64,000 nucleotides of DNA from positions 6,843,604 to 6,907,603 of the forward strand of contig JAUPSS010000004.1 of NCBI GenBank assembly GCA_040285825.1, given 5' to 3'. The translations under genes and the position numbers were made by a program. The notes beneath the pieces were generated by a model. That model saw nothing but the letters and a program-made list of their open reading frames with translations, was not told the DNA's origin and did not search any database. The stretch comes from Eukaryota sp. TZLM1-RC. Lineage: Eukaryota > Protista > Metamonada: BaSk clade. Of the stretch, positions 33,901 to 45,087 are shown in pieces (position 1 is the stretch's first letter; the number at the start of each line of letters is the position of its first letter).

Positions 33901-36355
33901 GCTTTCCCAGTCACTTTCCGATGTTCAATCATCATTAGATATTCTCTGTCATTTCCTCAATGCTGCTGTCAAATCTCCCATCAATTCTCCATCCAATAAT
34001 ACAGTTTTAGCAGTTTGTGATGTTCTTTTACGATGGAGTTCTTTGAAGCTTACAGAAGATCAACCAGCCATAGTACGCAGGATACTAGAATTTTTGCTTA
34101 ATCTCACCAAACATTTAAAAGGTCTCTCTTATCATTTAACGGATTATGAGTTTTCAGCAAGTGTACCTTTCATTGTGGATACCCTCCGGTCTTCTAAGGA
34201 GCCCATTAGAGCATTGGCTAGAGAGGTCATTACTTGTTGCTGCTTCGTTTGTCCGGTTTCCAGAATTTTTGCTTGTTTATTAGATTCATTTTCACACAAA
34301 ATTCCTAAATTCAGGGTGGAAATTCTTGATTTAGCAAGTGCCTTTTTAATTAAACATGGTAAAACCATTACCTCCCCATCCAAAGTTGGTATTATCATTA
34401 AAGAAGCCTCAACAGATCCCCATTTGAAACCAAGTTCAGTTCATTTTGCTTCTGTATGTTTATCTTTATTCCCAGATGATAATTTATCAAGAGTAATCTC
34501 TGACCAATCTTTCTTAGACTTGGTACATAGCCATCAACCCAATATAGAAAATATCCCAATGGAAAGTGCAGAATCGGAGCCCGTTTCAAAAGAAGTATTT
34601 AGTAATTCAAGTTTGGAACTACCTGCAACACCCCCTTCATTAGTTAATTCCATCTCTATTCCTTTCCAAGAAAAGCTTCCTTCCAAGTTGTCTACTCCAA
34701 TGGCACCTGAACTCAACTATGATGTCAGCTCAAGCCAACCAGACAATCTTTTCTTGGCAGGCTCAACTCCAAGATTACCAAGGAAGGAATTCAAGGCAGA
34801 TCGCTCCATTCATTTAGGAGATGCTATCACCACCTTTTTGAATCACAGGTTTGATGATTCTCTGCCCTTTTTCAGTGTTTCAGACTATGTTGAAGTAGCA
34901 CAGACTGTTAAGGCAATTGTGGAATCTTTCAATGAATCATCAAGCACTCTTGGTCTGTCTACACATGTTGACAGACTTGTTGAAGCTTTTACATTTATTG
35001 TTGTCAAGTGTTTCAGAAAAATGATTGATATTTATGACCCTGGTCTTGTGAATTCCATGGAAAGTGAAGGTGATTCAATAACAACTGCCTTGTCCATTCT
35101 TTCTGATACTTCCATGACTGCATTGAGGGGAATTCTGTTTATTTTTTCGGGAAAGGGTAATGCTCCAGGTCATAATGTATCTGCAACACAATTAAAGTAT
35201 TTTATTTCTTCTGTCTGTAGTTTTGTTGTTTTCTCCTCTTTCAGGAACTTAAATAACTTTGTTACTTCTCTAATACGTCAAGTGAATAGGGTGATGCTCG
35301 CTGTTCTTGATGGGGGTAATCGTAATGTTTTATATTCAGTGTTGTTAAACTTGGCTCAATCCTCCAGATCAAATTCATCAAAACCACTTGAATTGATGAA
35401 TCCTTCAGAAATTGAGCAATTTGATGGACTGATTGTGAAGTGCTTAACAAAGCTAACCACTAATCTAGTTGATTGGAGTCGTGAAGATTCAATTGATTTT
35501 GATCTTTTATTACGTGATGTTCACTTATTCCTTGTAGGTTACAGTAGAGAAAAACTCTCTGATAGAAGGGATTTGAAACTAAAATTAGTCAAGAGTTTAT
35601 TGGAAAAAATTACGGATCAATTAGGAAGCAGAATAACTTCACACCTGTCACTTGTACCAACTTCAGGTTTTTCACCTCTAGTTGACTTTATTGAAGAACT
35701 ACTCTCTTGGAAGGAAGGCCCGTCTGTTTCTCCAGTTATTCCAAGACAAGATTTAACAGATGATTCCCCTAAGCCAACAGTTGCTGAAGCTACATTAATT
35801 GTCAAGGATTTAATTAAAAAAATAAAAAATGAAGCCAATAGCGATATTTATAAGGAGCGTCTGGTTTTGTTTGCTAGAAGACACCAGCATATTGATGTTG
35901 TTCCAATTATAAAATCTGATTTAAATGCTGAAGAAGCGGACCGTATAATAAATTGTCTACCTTCAAGTTGTGGTAATGTCGCGGTCTCATCATCAAGTAT
36001 CACTTCTGATTCAATGTCAGCAATTGCCAGTAGGTTTAGAGCAAAATTGAACAACCTTCAGTCAAAAACGAATGCTACACAGGGTGTGTCTTCTTCAGAA
36101 TTATTGTCAAGGCTTTCTCAGTTAAGAAAACCAAGTAGTGGACGATCGGAGTCGTTCACCAGGCCAAAACCACCACCCTCTACTGAACAACTACACGACA
36201 CATTTTCCGAATTGTTGTCACTTCAAGCACAAACTCCTCAACCTTCATCTAGACCTAATCTCGTTTCGGATACTAGTTCGATGTTTAGCAAATCATCAGA
36301 AGCTTCTTCGCGGATGGCCATGTTAAAGGAAAGGATATCTAATCTGAAGAAGTAG
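30998..36355 (+). CDS. XMAP215/CKAP5/MOR1-family TOG-domain microtubule polymerase
   Basis: Repeated TOG starts (KWKER twice, NWKER), DSNANI, HEAT repeats, basic linkers, and a conserved C-terminal LIVKCLTKL region. First ATG is at 30998. Confidence 0.85.
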   Translation: MSVQIHNTGPRPDDTLSGAASLPTQDEALTHLVTDYLDISQFSDALASAKWKERVQASDEILKTISKVTPSSVSSLFVSSMAVFLHSCKTFSNTNTQVISKGFSIITTLLNKLSDSEKANPHLVGLLLPLAADKTTDTRAKTAAAELIHALSKYCTPGVVFENIFSSISGIKLPKTQAEIINIMAQIAESFALMTIDVKKLVNFCSSLAESPNAQVRQSVINLLCSMKKVLGPPIMNLLTDFKPALLSTIQSELDKVDGNSVDQPAVGVHGIEVSEVPSLDVNVSKPKAKGKAAKSKQEAEKPSRPPPKGKPVSSKPASKKEINKKAGVGKAVVKATGPSVSELMTSAPSLPTQDEALTHLVTDYLDISQFSDALASAKWKERVQASDEILETISKVTPPSVSSLFVSSMAVFLHSCKTFSNTNTQVISKGFSIITTLLNKLSDSEKANPHLVGLLLPLAADKTTDTRAKTAAAELIHALSKYCTPGVVFENIFSSISGIKLPKTQAEIINIMAQIAESFALMTIDVKKLVNFCSSLAESPNAQVRQSVINLLCSMKKVLGPPIMNLLTDFKPALLSTIQSELDKVDGNSVDQPAVEVHGVTAEEKVVPILSVPKADISSKITSKMISSLNSRNWKERLAAVNEIDELLSSVNDSIEPSLGADLPNALRLRLSDSNANIATQTTNLIGRIIKAIGTSAIEKYSKIWFTSVVGCLAVNKPLLRTAAQEVMETWADLVGLEKLVPFLPDLMAADSVLQRRDVVMFFNNHLSKCQSTPAGLGPLVKVLLSRAQDGDKEIRHAAETALVSIAEIVGGSKIATMIRKLPIADQDRLRPLVSKVEGITASTHPTGKRSPSPKSVNQDDKVDETDEPVHNDDKKPQAVPRKVTGRAVRSVEKEKPVVADQPSLILIEATNPSELMEGKEKRWLRERKGVTKWGCVDAVSRNKAEYIEQLRHQLNFIANQKLIDLMLSQSLSDVQSSLDILCHFLNAAVKSPINSPSNNTVLAVCDVLLRWSSLKLTEDQPAIVRRILEFLLNLTKHLKGLSYHLTDYEFSASVPFIVDTLRSSKEPIRALAREVITCCCFVCPVSRIFACLLDSFSHKIPKFRVEILDLASAFLIKHGKTITSPSKVGIIIKEASTDPHLKPSSVHFASVCLSLFPDDNLSRVISDQSFLDLVHSHQPNIENIPMESAESEPVSKEVFSNSSLELPATPPSLVNSISIPFQEKLPSKLSTPMAPELNYDVSSSQPDNLFLAGSTPRLPRKEFKADRSIHLGDAITTFLNHRFDDSLPFFSVSDYVEVAQTVKAIVESFNESSSTLGLSTHVDRLVEAFTFIVVKCFRKMIDIYDPGLVNSMESEGDSITTALSILSDTSMTALRGILFIFSGKGNAPGHNVSATQLKYFISSVCSFVVFSSFRNLNNFVTSLIRQVNRVMLAVLDGGNRNVLYSVLLNLAQSSRSNSSKPLELMNPSEIEQFDGLIVKCLTKLTTNLVDWSREDSIDFDLLLRDVHLFLVGYSREKLSDRRDLKLKLVKSLLEKITDQLGSRITSHLSLVPTSGFSPLVDFIEELLSWKEGPSVSPVIPRQDLTDDSPKPTVAEATLIVKDLIKKIKNEANSDIYKERLVLFARRHQHIDVVPIIKSDLNAEEADRIINCLPSSCGNVAVSSSSITSDSMSAIASRFRAKLNNLQSKTNATQGVSSSELLSRLSQLRKPSSGRSESFTRPKPPPSTEQLHDTFSELLSLQAQTPQPSSRPNLVSDTSSMFSKSSEASSRMAMLKERISNLKK
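31061..32797 (+). repeat. Near-identical intragenic duplication of a TOG domain (about 745 bp, offset 987 bp)
   Basis: 31061-31810 versus 32048-32797 differ at only a handful of positions. The antisense ORFs 31441 and 32428 are identical. Confidence 0.95.
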
Positions 36356-37530
36356 TTTTTGTATTATTTTAATAAATTTATGTCATTTTTGTATGTCAAC
36401 TTCCTTTTGGTTTTTTGTCTAATCTCATGGTCGATCAATTCATTTTTTTTCAACGAACCCTTACAAGATCAAATGCTCTTTGAGAATTCCCTAGAAAGTT
36501 ACCAACTAATGATAAGAGTTGCTAATTGTGAATCTGGTCAGTCATTTCTGAATTTTATTTTGTTTATTTTGGAATAAAAAGATTATTTGCCTTATTTCTC
36601 TTAATCTTTTCCTCATTTTACGGATCACGTACACTTCATCTGAAAAATGAAATGTTTTCACTGAATGGTTTAATGCAGTTGAGAGTAATCACATTACAAC
36701 CGTCGTTGTGTATTGTGAATATTGTAAATAATACCAGCCTGATTTTAATATCAATCAAGCTAAGATGAGAAATAAAGCTGCATGTCCCCAGCTCGTGGTA
36801 AATTAATGTTTTGATGAAACACATTGGTTGATAGTTCATAAATTTTTAGTTGTAAGACCAACTGTTGTTTTGTATTGTGTAGTTCTTTGTTGAAAGGAGA
36901 ACATGCAAGGTGTAACCTTGAGCAATATTCATCACCAATAAACATTTAAAAGTAACTTTACTTTGAATTGACAACTATAAGACTGATTGATTTCACCAAA
37001 ATTTTCAATTTTAGGAAACCAATTTTTAATCATTTCTAACTGTTTCCGTTCTGTGTTGACTGTCACGGATTACGCTCTACAAACTACAACTGTGGGATTA
37101 TCGGTCAACCAGTTTTTTGGCTCAGAGGCACGAGAAGCTATGGAACACTAGTTCCAAGTTCTTGCTAGAATTGGAGCTCATGCTACTCAATTAGCACGAC
37201 TCTTTGTACTCTAATATTCAGAACACTCTAAATGGCTTACTCAAAGCCATTTCTGGAGCATCTGTTTCGACGTTGTTTGTGAAAGAGAACCCAAACAAAG
37301 GAGGCCATTCGAAAACCATCCTCTGGTGTTCCAAGCACTGTATATTTCGTTCAGCAGTTTTGGCCTTGGCGCTCACTGAATGAAACCACGTTAGCTGACG
37401 GTGGTACATTCTGGTGCCTTTTAAGTTTGTTTGGCAGTCGGCCATTCAACTGAGGAAGGTTTTTTTCCAGTTATTAACTGACGGCCCTGTTGTTTGGAAA
37501 CATAATTTGTTCAAGAGCGGTGCCAGTGTT

Positions 37531-38177
37531 GAAAAAAATATTTATTGAACATCTATGGAAGATGCACACTCAATAAAATTAATTCATAACTAATGGGATG
37601 AAAATCATTGAACCAAGATTTCCTCTAGAAAATCTTGATCTGCTTGCTGTCTAGCTAAAGCTTCTCTAATTCGATTGAAAAATTGAGGTAATCTATTAAC
37701 AATGGCAAATTGAATACGAAAGCGCCATAAAACAATATCACAACTTTTCATTGTTTTTTCTTGAACCATTTTTTGGAGGTCATTCAAAAAAGTTTCTGCT
37801 TCTACTGATAGTCTTCCGTTTATCGAAAATGGGAAAGCAATAAAAACCAGCTGTGTATTTCTATCGACACTTGCCTCTTCAATATCTTTATCATATTTTC
37901 TATGTTTCTCTTTTGCTTTAAAATCCAGAGCAGCCACAGGATTAAGTTTTCTTCTGTGAACCAAAGTATCATTTGCAACATTACATGAGACAAAGTCAAC
38001 AATAGCTTCAGAATTATCAATCCAATCACAGTATACATCACCTCTATCATCAGAACCAAAATTATTCAGAGAAAGTGTTTCCTTCAGCAGGGGCTCTTTG
38101 ATACACGATATCCTTGCAGTTTGTGCCATATTAAAAACAGTGTCTGTTACAGCATCATGTAATGAAGAACGATAAGT
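37531..38177 (-). mobile_element. 5'-truncated RLE non-LTR element (endonuclease domain plus 3' UTR)
   Basis: ORF 37605-38201 is nearly identical to 18520-19081. 10-bp TSD TGCCAGTGTT at 37521-30; the right copy is split as 38178-84 plus 45092-94. Confidence 0.9.
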
Positions 38178-38184
38178 TGCCAGT

Positions 38185-41100
38185 TGTTGTACTGTGGACA
38201 ATTAGTCTAGTACATTTATATTTATATAACATAGTTCACTAGTGATGGCCTTTATAAGGGCCGGTGAATTTCTAATAAATTATTCCTTATTCTTGTTATC
38301 ATATGGATAGAGCATCATTAATTAATGGCTTGAATAGCCACAATGATAACCCTCCTTCCTCTCTGAGGAAGAGTAATGTCCCTTCTTTGAAGGAGAACAG
38401 TCCACCGCCCTCGGTGAGTAATCCTCCACTTGCGGAGAGTAGTCCTTCCTTCGGGAAGAGTAATCCTCCAAAGGAGAGTGAGCTTTCCGCTGAGAAGAGC
38501 ATTGCCTCTCAGAAAGAAAGCCACCTCCTCAATAAGGAGAGTGAACTTCGCACTGAGGAGAGCCCCACCTCCCAGAAAAGAAGTCACCTCCCTTATACGG
38601 AGAGAGGTAACCACGTTGTTGATGTGTCAGAACTATACACATACCCCGACAACTCCTCGGAGCTCCTTCCTTGTAGGAAGAGTTTTCTCACTCCGAGCGA
38701 GCAACGCAGATTCAAAGCGTTTGTTGTAAGTACCAAATCTGACGCTTGTACAGAAGGTGAAGGAGGTGAAGGCGAGCAACAGTCTACGACTGGCTCCTCA
38801 CGTAAAACTCCCTCCCCACCTACTTCTGACATCAGCTCAAGTGAGGAACCTCAAAGTGATTCCAGAGGATCTCTTAATCAGAACTACAGCAGGAGAGGGG
38901 ATGAGAGCGATGATGAACCACCTCATACACCCAATCCTCCTAATCCAACTCCTAGTTTCCCATCTACGGAAAGGACTTCTCAGGGTCTTTACCGCAGGAA
39001 ATTAGCAAAGGCAGTTGAGGCTGTAACTAGAGATTTCTTATTGGACCTCATCGCCAATCCTCCCGAAGATATACTGGATTGGAGTGATGACGAATTACTA
39101 AAAATGGCTGAGAATGAGTCAGAGCGTCTTGCGGGAGACGTAGACCCAGCCGAATGTGAGAAGGTGCGACGTGACTATTTAGCGAAACGTTGGCCCTTCC
39201 TCTTTGGGGAAGCCCACGGCAAAACACTTGACGACGTCGTCTACGAGAGTTATGATCAAAGTCCAAATCTTTTAAAGAGATTGGATGATCTTACCGATTC
39301 GGCAGTCTCGTGTGGAATGAGTGCAGTCGAGGATTGCTATTTTAGCGCACCTCGTTCAAAGTATCAAGCTGCTACTCCCAGGCCTGCCAAATGGCATAGG
39401 GATGCAATTGATGACCACAAAATATATTTCAGTGGAAATCAAGAAGCTTACGACAGACTATTTTGGATAGCTAAAATGTATCCTCATAATCAACAAGGTA
39501 GAAACCTTAGAGGCGTCGTAAGGCATTTCCTAGTGGAGAATGTACACCCAAAAGATTCCATTGCGGACATTCTTATTATGCTGGGGGGCAGATTCGATGA
39601 ATCTCGAGGTGACACCCTTCAATTTCATACCAAAGAGTCCTATATTAGAGAAATAGGCACGAGGGTAATTGAATTGAAAGAGCAACGTGTTGGCCCCAAC
39701 AAGTTAAAACTAGTATACCCTGATGCATGGATGGCTAAACTTAAGGCATGGGTTGATAGCTGGCCCGACCAAAATGTTTTTGAGAATGTCTTAATAAAGA
39801 GCAGTTGCCTTCCATATGATCATAAACTAGCAGGGGTCCCTAGAGGATCTAAAGATGCACCAGATTGGGTGGATTTAAGACCACCAGCCCAGACTGTACC
39901 TGTGCAGGAGGAACCTCCTAAGACAAGATTTATCATAAAGTTGGGCGAAACATTGCCTTCAGAAGAGAGGAATATGAACCTATATAGTACACCTTCTGTA
40001 GGGCCTCTGGCATCTAGGAGAGCTTCTTGTGAAGCAACTCCTACACAAGCATCTGTTATAAAATCATCTATACCCACGCAACCCCTAGGAACGAATGCTC
40101 CTAGAGATTCTCTCGTCGACACCCTCGGTCTTTATAGAACTCCTGTAACAGACGAGGAGAAATTGAGGAAAAGAATAGACGACAAACTTAGATGCCTAGT
40201 TAAGTTAAATGAAGCGTTTGACGCCAAGAAGATCTTCGACTTCGTTCTTAACTTTGGCAATTGGGCTAAAACAGTTAGGGATCGCGATGGACCCACCAGA
40301 GCATTTACGCCGATCACCAAATACGGTCAACCTGTTCATCAGTACGACTTCGTTAGATCTATGTTCTTCGAAGTTGACCCTTTGTATTTGAGATTTATGA
40401 TCGAGGGTAAGGTCATCGCAGAATGGCAGAGTTTTTATGGAGGCCGTACAAACGTGTTAGGCAACAACCCATCTGACGCCGAAATCTGTCAATATTTGCT
40501 ACTCAGCACCCAGTACAAATACCCTACCGATGTTGAGAAGGCTTTAAGGTCTGTAAGACCACCTGAGATCAGTCGCAAAATGTCTGCTGAATCTTCATGG
40601 ACAGCCTTCATAGAGCAGATCATATATATAATTCGACGCTCTACAATTATGCCCGGAACGGATGGTAATCCGTCTGTCGTCTACCCAGCAAAGAGATTTC
40701 TCGAAACTATTAACGACAAAACAAACAATCAATTGATGGACACATATATCATTTGGATTGGTAAGTTTGATTCGAGTAACGAGAAACTGGGCGATGCGAT
40801 TTACGATTTAGGTAACGCATTTGTTAACAAGGTCAATAGCCTTGAATCCTCGATCAAAGACATGAATTTGATTAGAACAGCTTTTGGTGCTCACGCTCCT
40901 GCGCAAAAAGGACGAAGCCAGTCAAAAGGTCCTTTCAAGAACCCTAGAGTAAGCAGTCGACCCATCCCTTCAGAGCAATGGTGTAACTTATGTAAAACCA
41001 ATAAACATCCTGAAGAGAAATGTTTTAAATTAGTGGGAAGACCGGGTTCAAAAAAGCGTCATGGAGGTGAAAGACGTGATAGAAAACGTAAAAGTAGTAG

Positions 41101-44100
41101 TAATAAACCAGATGATTATACATCTTTAAACAATAACCTTACAAATAATTCAATCAAATCCATTTATATAATGAGCAAAACAGATTCGAATTATAATCAC
41201 CTAAATCCATTAAAAAGATTTAGAGAGTCATCCAATCCTGTGGGTTCTATCCACAGTGTTAGACTATCCAGGGTAGCAGAGGACCAAGAAAGTTCTAACG
41301 GGGAACTTTGGTTAACCTGCACCATAAATAACGTGGAAGTACAAGGCGAAATTGATAATGGAGCTGCATTTTCAGCATTATCAATGGATTTAGCCTCTAA
41401 ATGTAATATGACAGTTAATGACAATAAGACTGTCGAATACTTATCGGCAAATGGTATTCGCTCCACGACCCTGGGATGTGCAAGTGGTGTTCTTGCTCTA
41501 AATGTGGGTAGCTTGGCCACTCAAGTGTTTTTAAGGATCGAATTCCAGATCATTCCTGGTACCAATAATTTTTTGATCGGAAGAGACTTATTACAAACCT
41601 TGGGGCTACGCACGGAGCACGGTTTTAATATTAATTTGGATCGCGAACATCGCACCATCTTAAATGCTGAATGTGAGTTTGATAATAGAATTTGTCAACC
41701 AATTAGATTCATTGAACAATTGAGTAATATATCAGACTTAGGTAATGATTTTGGGCATTCCACATTTAGACATGAGTTAGATGAGTTGGGCTGTAGAATA
41801 TGCCTGGATGACATTAGGGACGAGGAACGCCTAGTCGTGCTACTCGAAAAATATAGAAATGTATTTAGTGGGCTACCTCACCCGGATGGAATTGACTGTC
41901 AGCCGATGACCATTCCATTTTATGACGAAAGTAAGGTCGTCAAAAGGAAACCTCGAAGATCAAACCCAGAAAAACAACGGGTAGCCGAGGAAATTTTTAA
42001 CGAATTGATCCGTAATGGATTTGCTGTGCCCGCAAAATCTCAATTCAGTAGTCCCATCTGTCTTGTGATTTACCCTGATCACAGGAAGCCACGATTAACT
42101 GGCGATTTTAGTGGTATTGGTGGAGTAAATGATTTAACTAAACCTGTAGAGGCAAATTTGCCCAGGATTAGCGACATTTTAGAGTTTCTAAGTAAAGCTA
42201 ATTATATAGCAACTCTAGATTTACCTAAGGCATTTTGGCAGCTCAAAATTGCAGAAGAGGATATTGATAAAACTACCGTATCAATTCCCGGAATGTCGAT
42301 CAGTTTTAAAAGGGCTTGTTTTGGTTTGAAGAACGTTCCTGCAGTCTTCCAAAACATGATGATGGAAATATTTGATTCTGAGGGTGTATTTATTTATATC
42401 GATGATATAATAATAGTAGCTTCAACCCTGGATGAATTTCTATCTAGAGTAGGTACGGTCCTAGAACGCGCCAAACGTTTTAGAGTTAACCTTGGCCTAC
42501 CCAAGTGTAGCTTTACCACTTGCAAACATGAAATAAAAATTCTAGGTAGTATTTTTATAAACAAAACCCGTTATATAGATGAGTCTAGGATCGAGGGACT
42601 GATCAACCTACCCAAACCCAGGACATTACCTGAGGTTAGGAGTTTTATAGGTTCGATTAATTATATACGTGACTGGTTGCCAAACTTGTCTGATTTGATA
42701 GAACCAATCAACAAATTAACCAGAAACAAACCGTCAAAGATCAAGTGGACTTCTGATCATGACGAGGCTTTTGGTAAGATTATAAATCTTATCAATGCAA
42801 ATATCCCTCTTGAATTGCCCTCAGAAGACAAGCATATTTTAATAAGTGCTGATGCGTCTGATGTGGCTGTAGGTGGAGTAATATGGCAAGAAGCTAACCC
42901 ACCTAAAGATCCTACGACACCGCTAATTAAGAGAAAGGTTGTACCTATTGCCTTCTTTAGCAGATTATTATCAACTTCACAAAAGAATTGGTCTGTACTT
43001 CAGAAAGAGTTGTATGCAATTTTACTAATTCTCACTGACAGTAGTTTAGAAAATTATTTAATTTCGAGGAAATTAACTATTTTCACTGATCATAGAAATT
43101 TAGCATACCTTATATCAGCTCCTGAAAAGAACAGAATTGTGAAGAGGTGGCTACCAATATCGTCAGAATTCAATTTTGATGTAGTCCACACGGCAGGCGA
43201 GGAGAATTATTGGGCAGACATGTTGTCTAGATTGGTTGATACCAAACCCAAAACCCCTCGAGTCCAACAAGTGAGAAACTTGGCACCTCACAGAGTTGAA
43301 GAACAATTACCCTATTTAAATTTATTAACTAGAGTTAATTTGTTAAGGGATGATATTACTCAACCGTCCACAATTGAGCTACCCACGATCAATAGCTTAT
43401 CTGCACTGAAAGAAGCAGTTGAGGATACTAAATTTGATTTATTTGACACTTGGATCTCAAAGATTAGGCAAGAACAACTTATAGATGTTGATTCAAATCC
43501 TGATTATTATAAAGATTACAATTATAATTCAGATATTCAATTGTATACCAACAATCGTGGGAAGATTGTTATCCCAGATAGTTTAAAGAAGCAGACTTTA
43601 ACTATCATTCATGGACATACAAATGTTGGCCATCCTAGTGTGACGACTAGCGTAAAGAAATTACTCAATAGTGATTACTTTTGGCCCGACATGCGCAAAG
43701 ACATGATTAATCATATTAAGAGATGCCCAGCATGTCAAAAGACGGCACATGTGCCTAAAAAAGTCATTGAATCATCTGGCTCTCTTTGGGCTGATCGACC
43801 TTTTGCACGATTAAATGCAGATACTATTGGACCATTACAACAAGATGATAATGGATTCAAATATTTAATAGTTTTCGTAGATTCGTTCACTAGGTATACG
43901 ATCATTTGCCCTGTAAAGGAATTGAATGCAGTGGAGGCAACCAATCACCTCCTATGGAGTGTAGTATCAATTTTTGGTATCCCACTGTTGATTCATAGTG
44001 ACAATGGTATTGAATTTGCAAATGCCATATTCAAAGGGTTATGCGATTTATTAAACATTGAAGTAAGTCGTTCACTAACTAGCTTTTCACAAAGCAATGG

Positions 44101-45087
44101 ATTAGTAGAAAGACGACACAGAGACATCTTACAAAGTCTAAGAAAGATTTTGGTGGACTCTGGCGATTATAGCAATTGGAGTGAATATATCCCAATTGTA
44201 CAACTTCAAATCAATTCAACTATTAGTAGAGTTACTGGTCATTCGCCCTACAATTTAATGTTTGGTAGCGACCACAGCCCTAGAGCTGATCCTAGTAATA
44301 TGTTTGAATTAATAAAATCAGCTAATGTTAATATTCCCTTTGTTAAAGATCTTGAAGCAAAACTTGAAAGGATTTCAAAGAAGAGAGAAGAGGCAGAGCT
44401 CAGGCAAGCTCAACAACTGCCTGAAGTTAACAAACATAGGAACCCTTTTAATAAAGGTGACTTAGTTCTGCGATTAAAGACTAATGGTAAACTCCATGAC
44501 TTGCTTCGCTGGCCCTTTTCTCGTTGAAGACGTTAAATCCAATAAAAGTTTATTACTCAAGAATCTTGTCACTGGTTCGATGTCTACGGCAAGTATAAAT
44601 CATTGTAAACTATACCTTTCAGACTTCCCTAAAGAAGATCTTGATTGGCATAAGAATATTGCTGCTGGCGATATGGAAGAATCTGTAATCGTTAAAATTA
44701 TAGATCACTTTGATTACGTAAATTCGAACAATAATAAAGTTCCTTATTGTACCGCAGTTTGGTATGGCGGCGAGACTTCGTCTGTCCCAGTTGCTGACGT
44801 CAAAAGCACTGAGGCATATCAAACATATTTGCGCTCTATTAGTCCTCACACTACCAGGAAACGGAAGGTATCTTCTAATTCCAAATCTAAGACTAATTCC
44901 CCTGCAGTCAGTACTCGTAGCTCTCGTTCGAGATCTAAGAGAGGGAAAAGGTAGTGTTGTACTGTGGACAATTAGTCTAGTACATTTATATTTATATAAC
45001 ATAGTTCACTAGTGATGGCCTTTATAAGGGCCGGTGAATTTCTAATAAATTATTCCTTATTCTTGTTATCATATGGATAGAGCATCA
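38185..45087 (+). mobile_element. Full-length young Ty3/Gypsy LTR retrotransposon (6.9 kb)
   Basis: Identical 133-bp LTRs at 38185-38317 and 44955-45087. TSD CAGT at 38181-84 and 45088-91. PPT aagagagggaaaaggtag. Confidence 0.97.
38303..44954 (+). CDS. Gag-Pol polyprotein (single frame; one +1 frameshift near 44500 before the GPF/chromo-like tail)
   Basis: CNLCKTNKHPEEKC knuckle, protease IDNGA, RT LDLPKAF/YIDD, RNase H DASD, integrase H-H-CPAC with D, D and E. GPF and VIVKIIDH..CTAVWYG lie in ORF 44484-44954. Confidence 0.95.
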
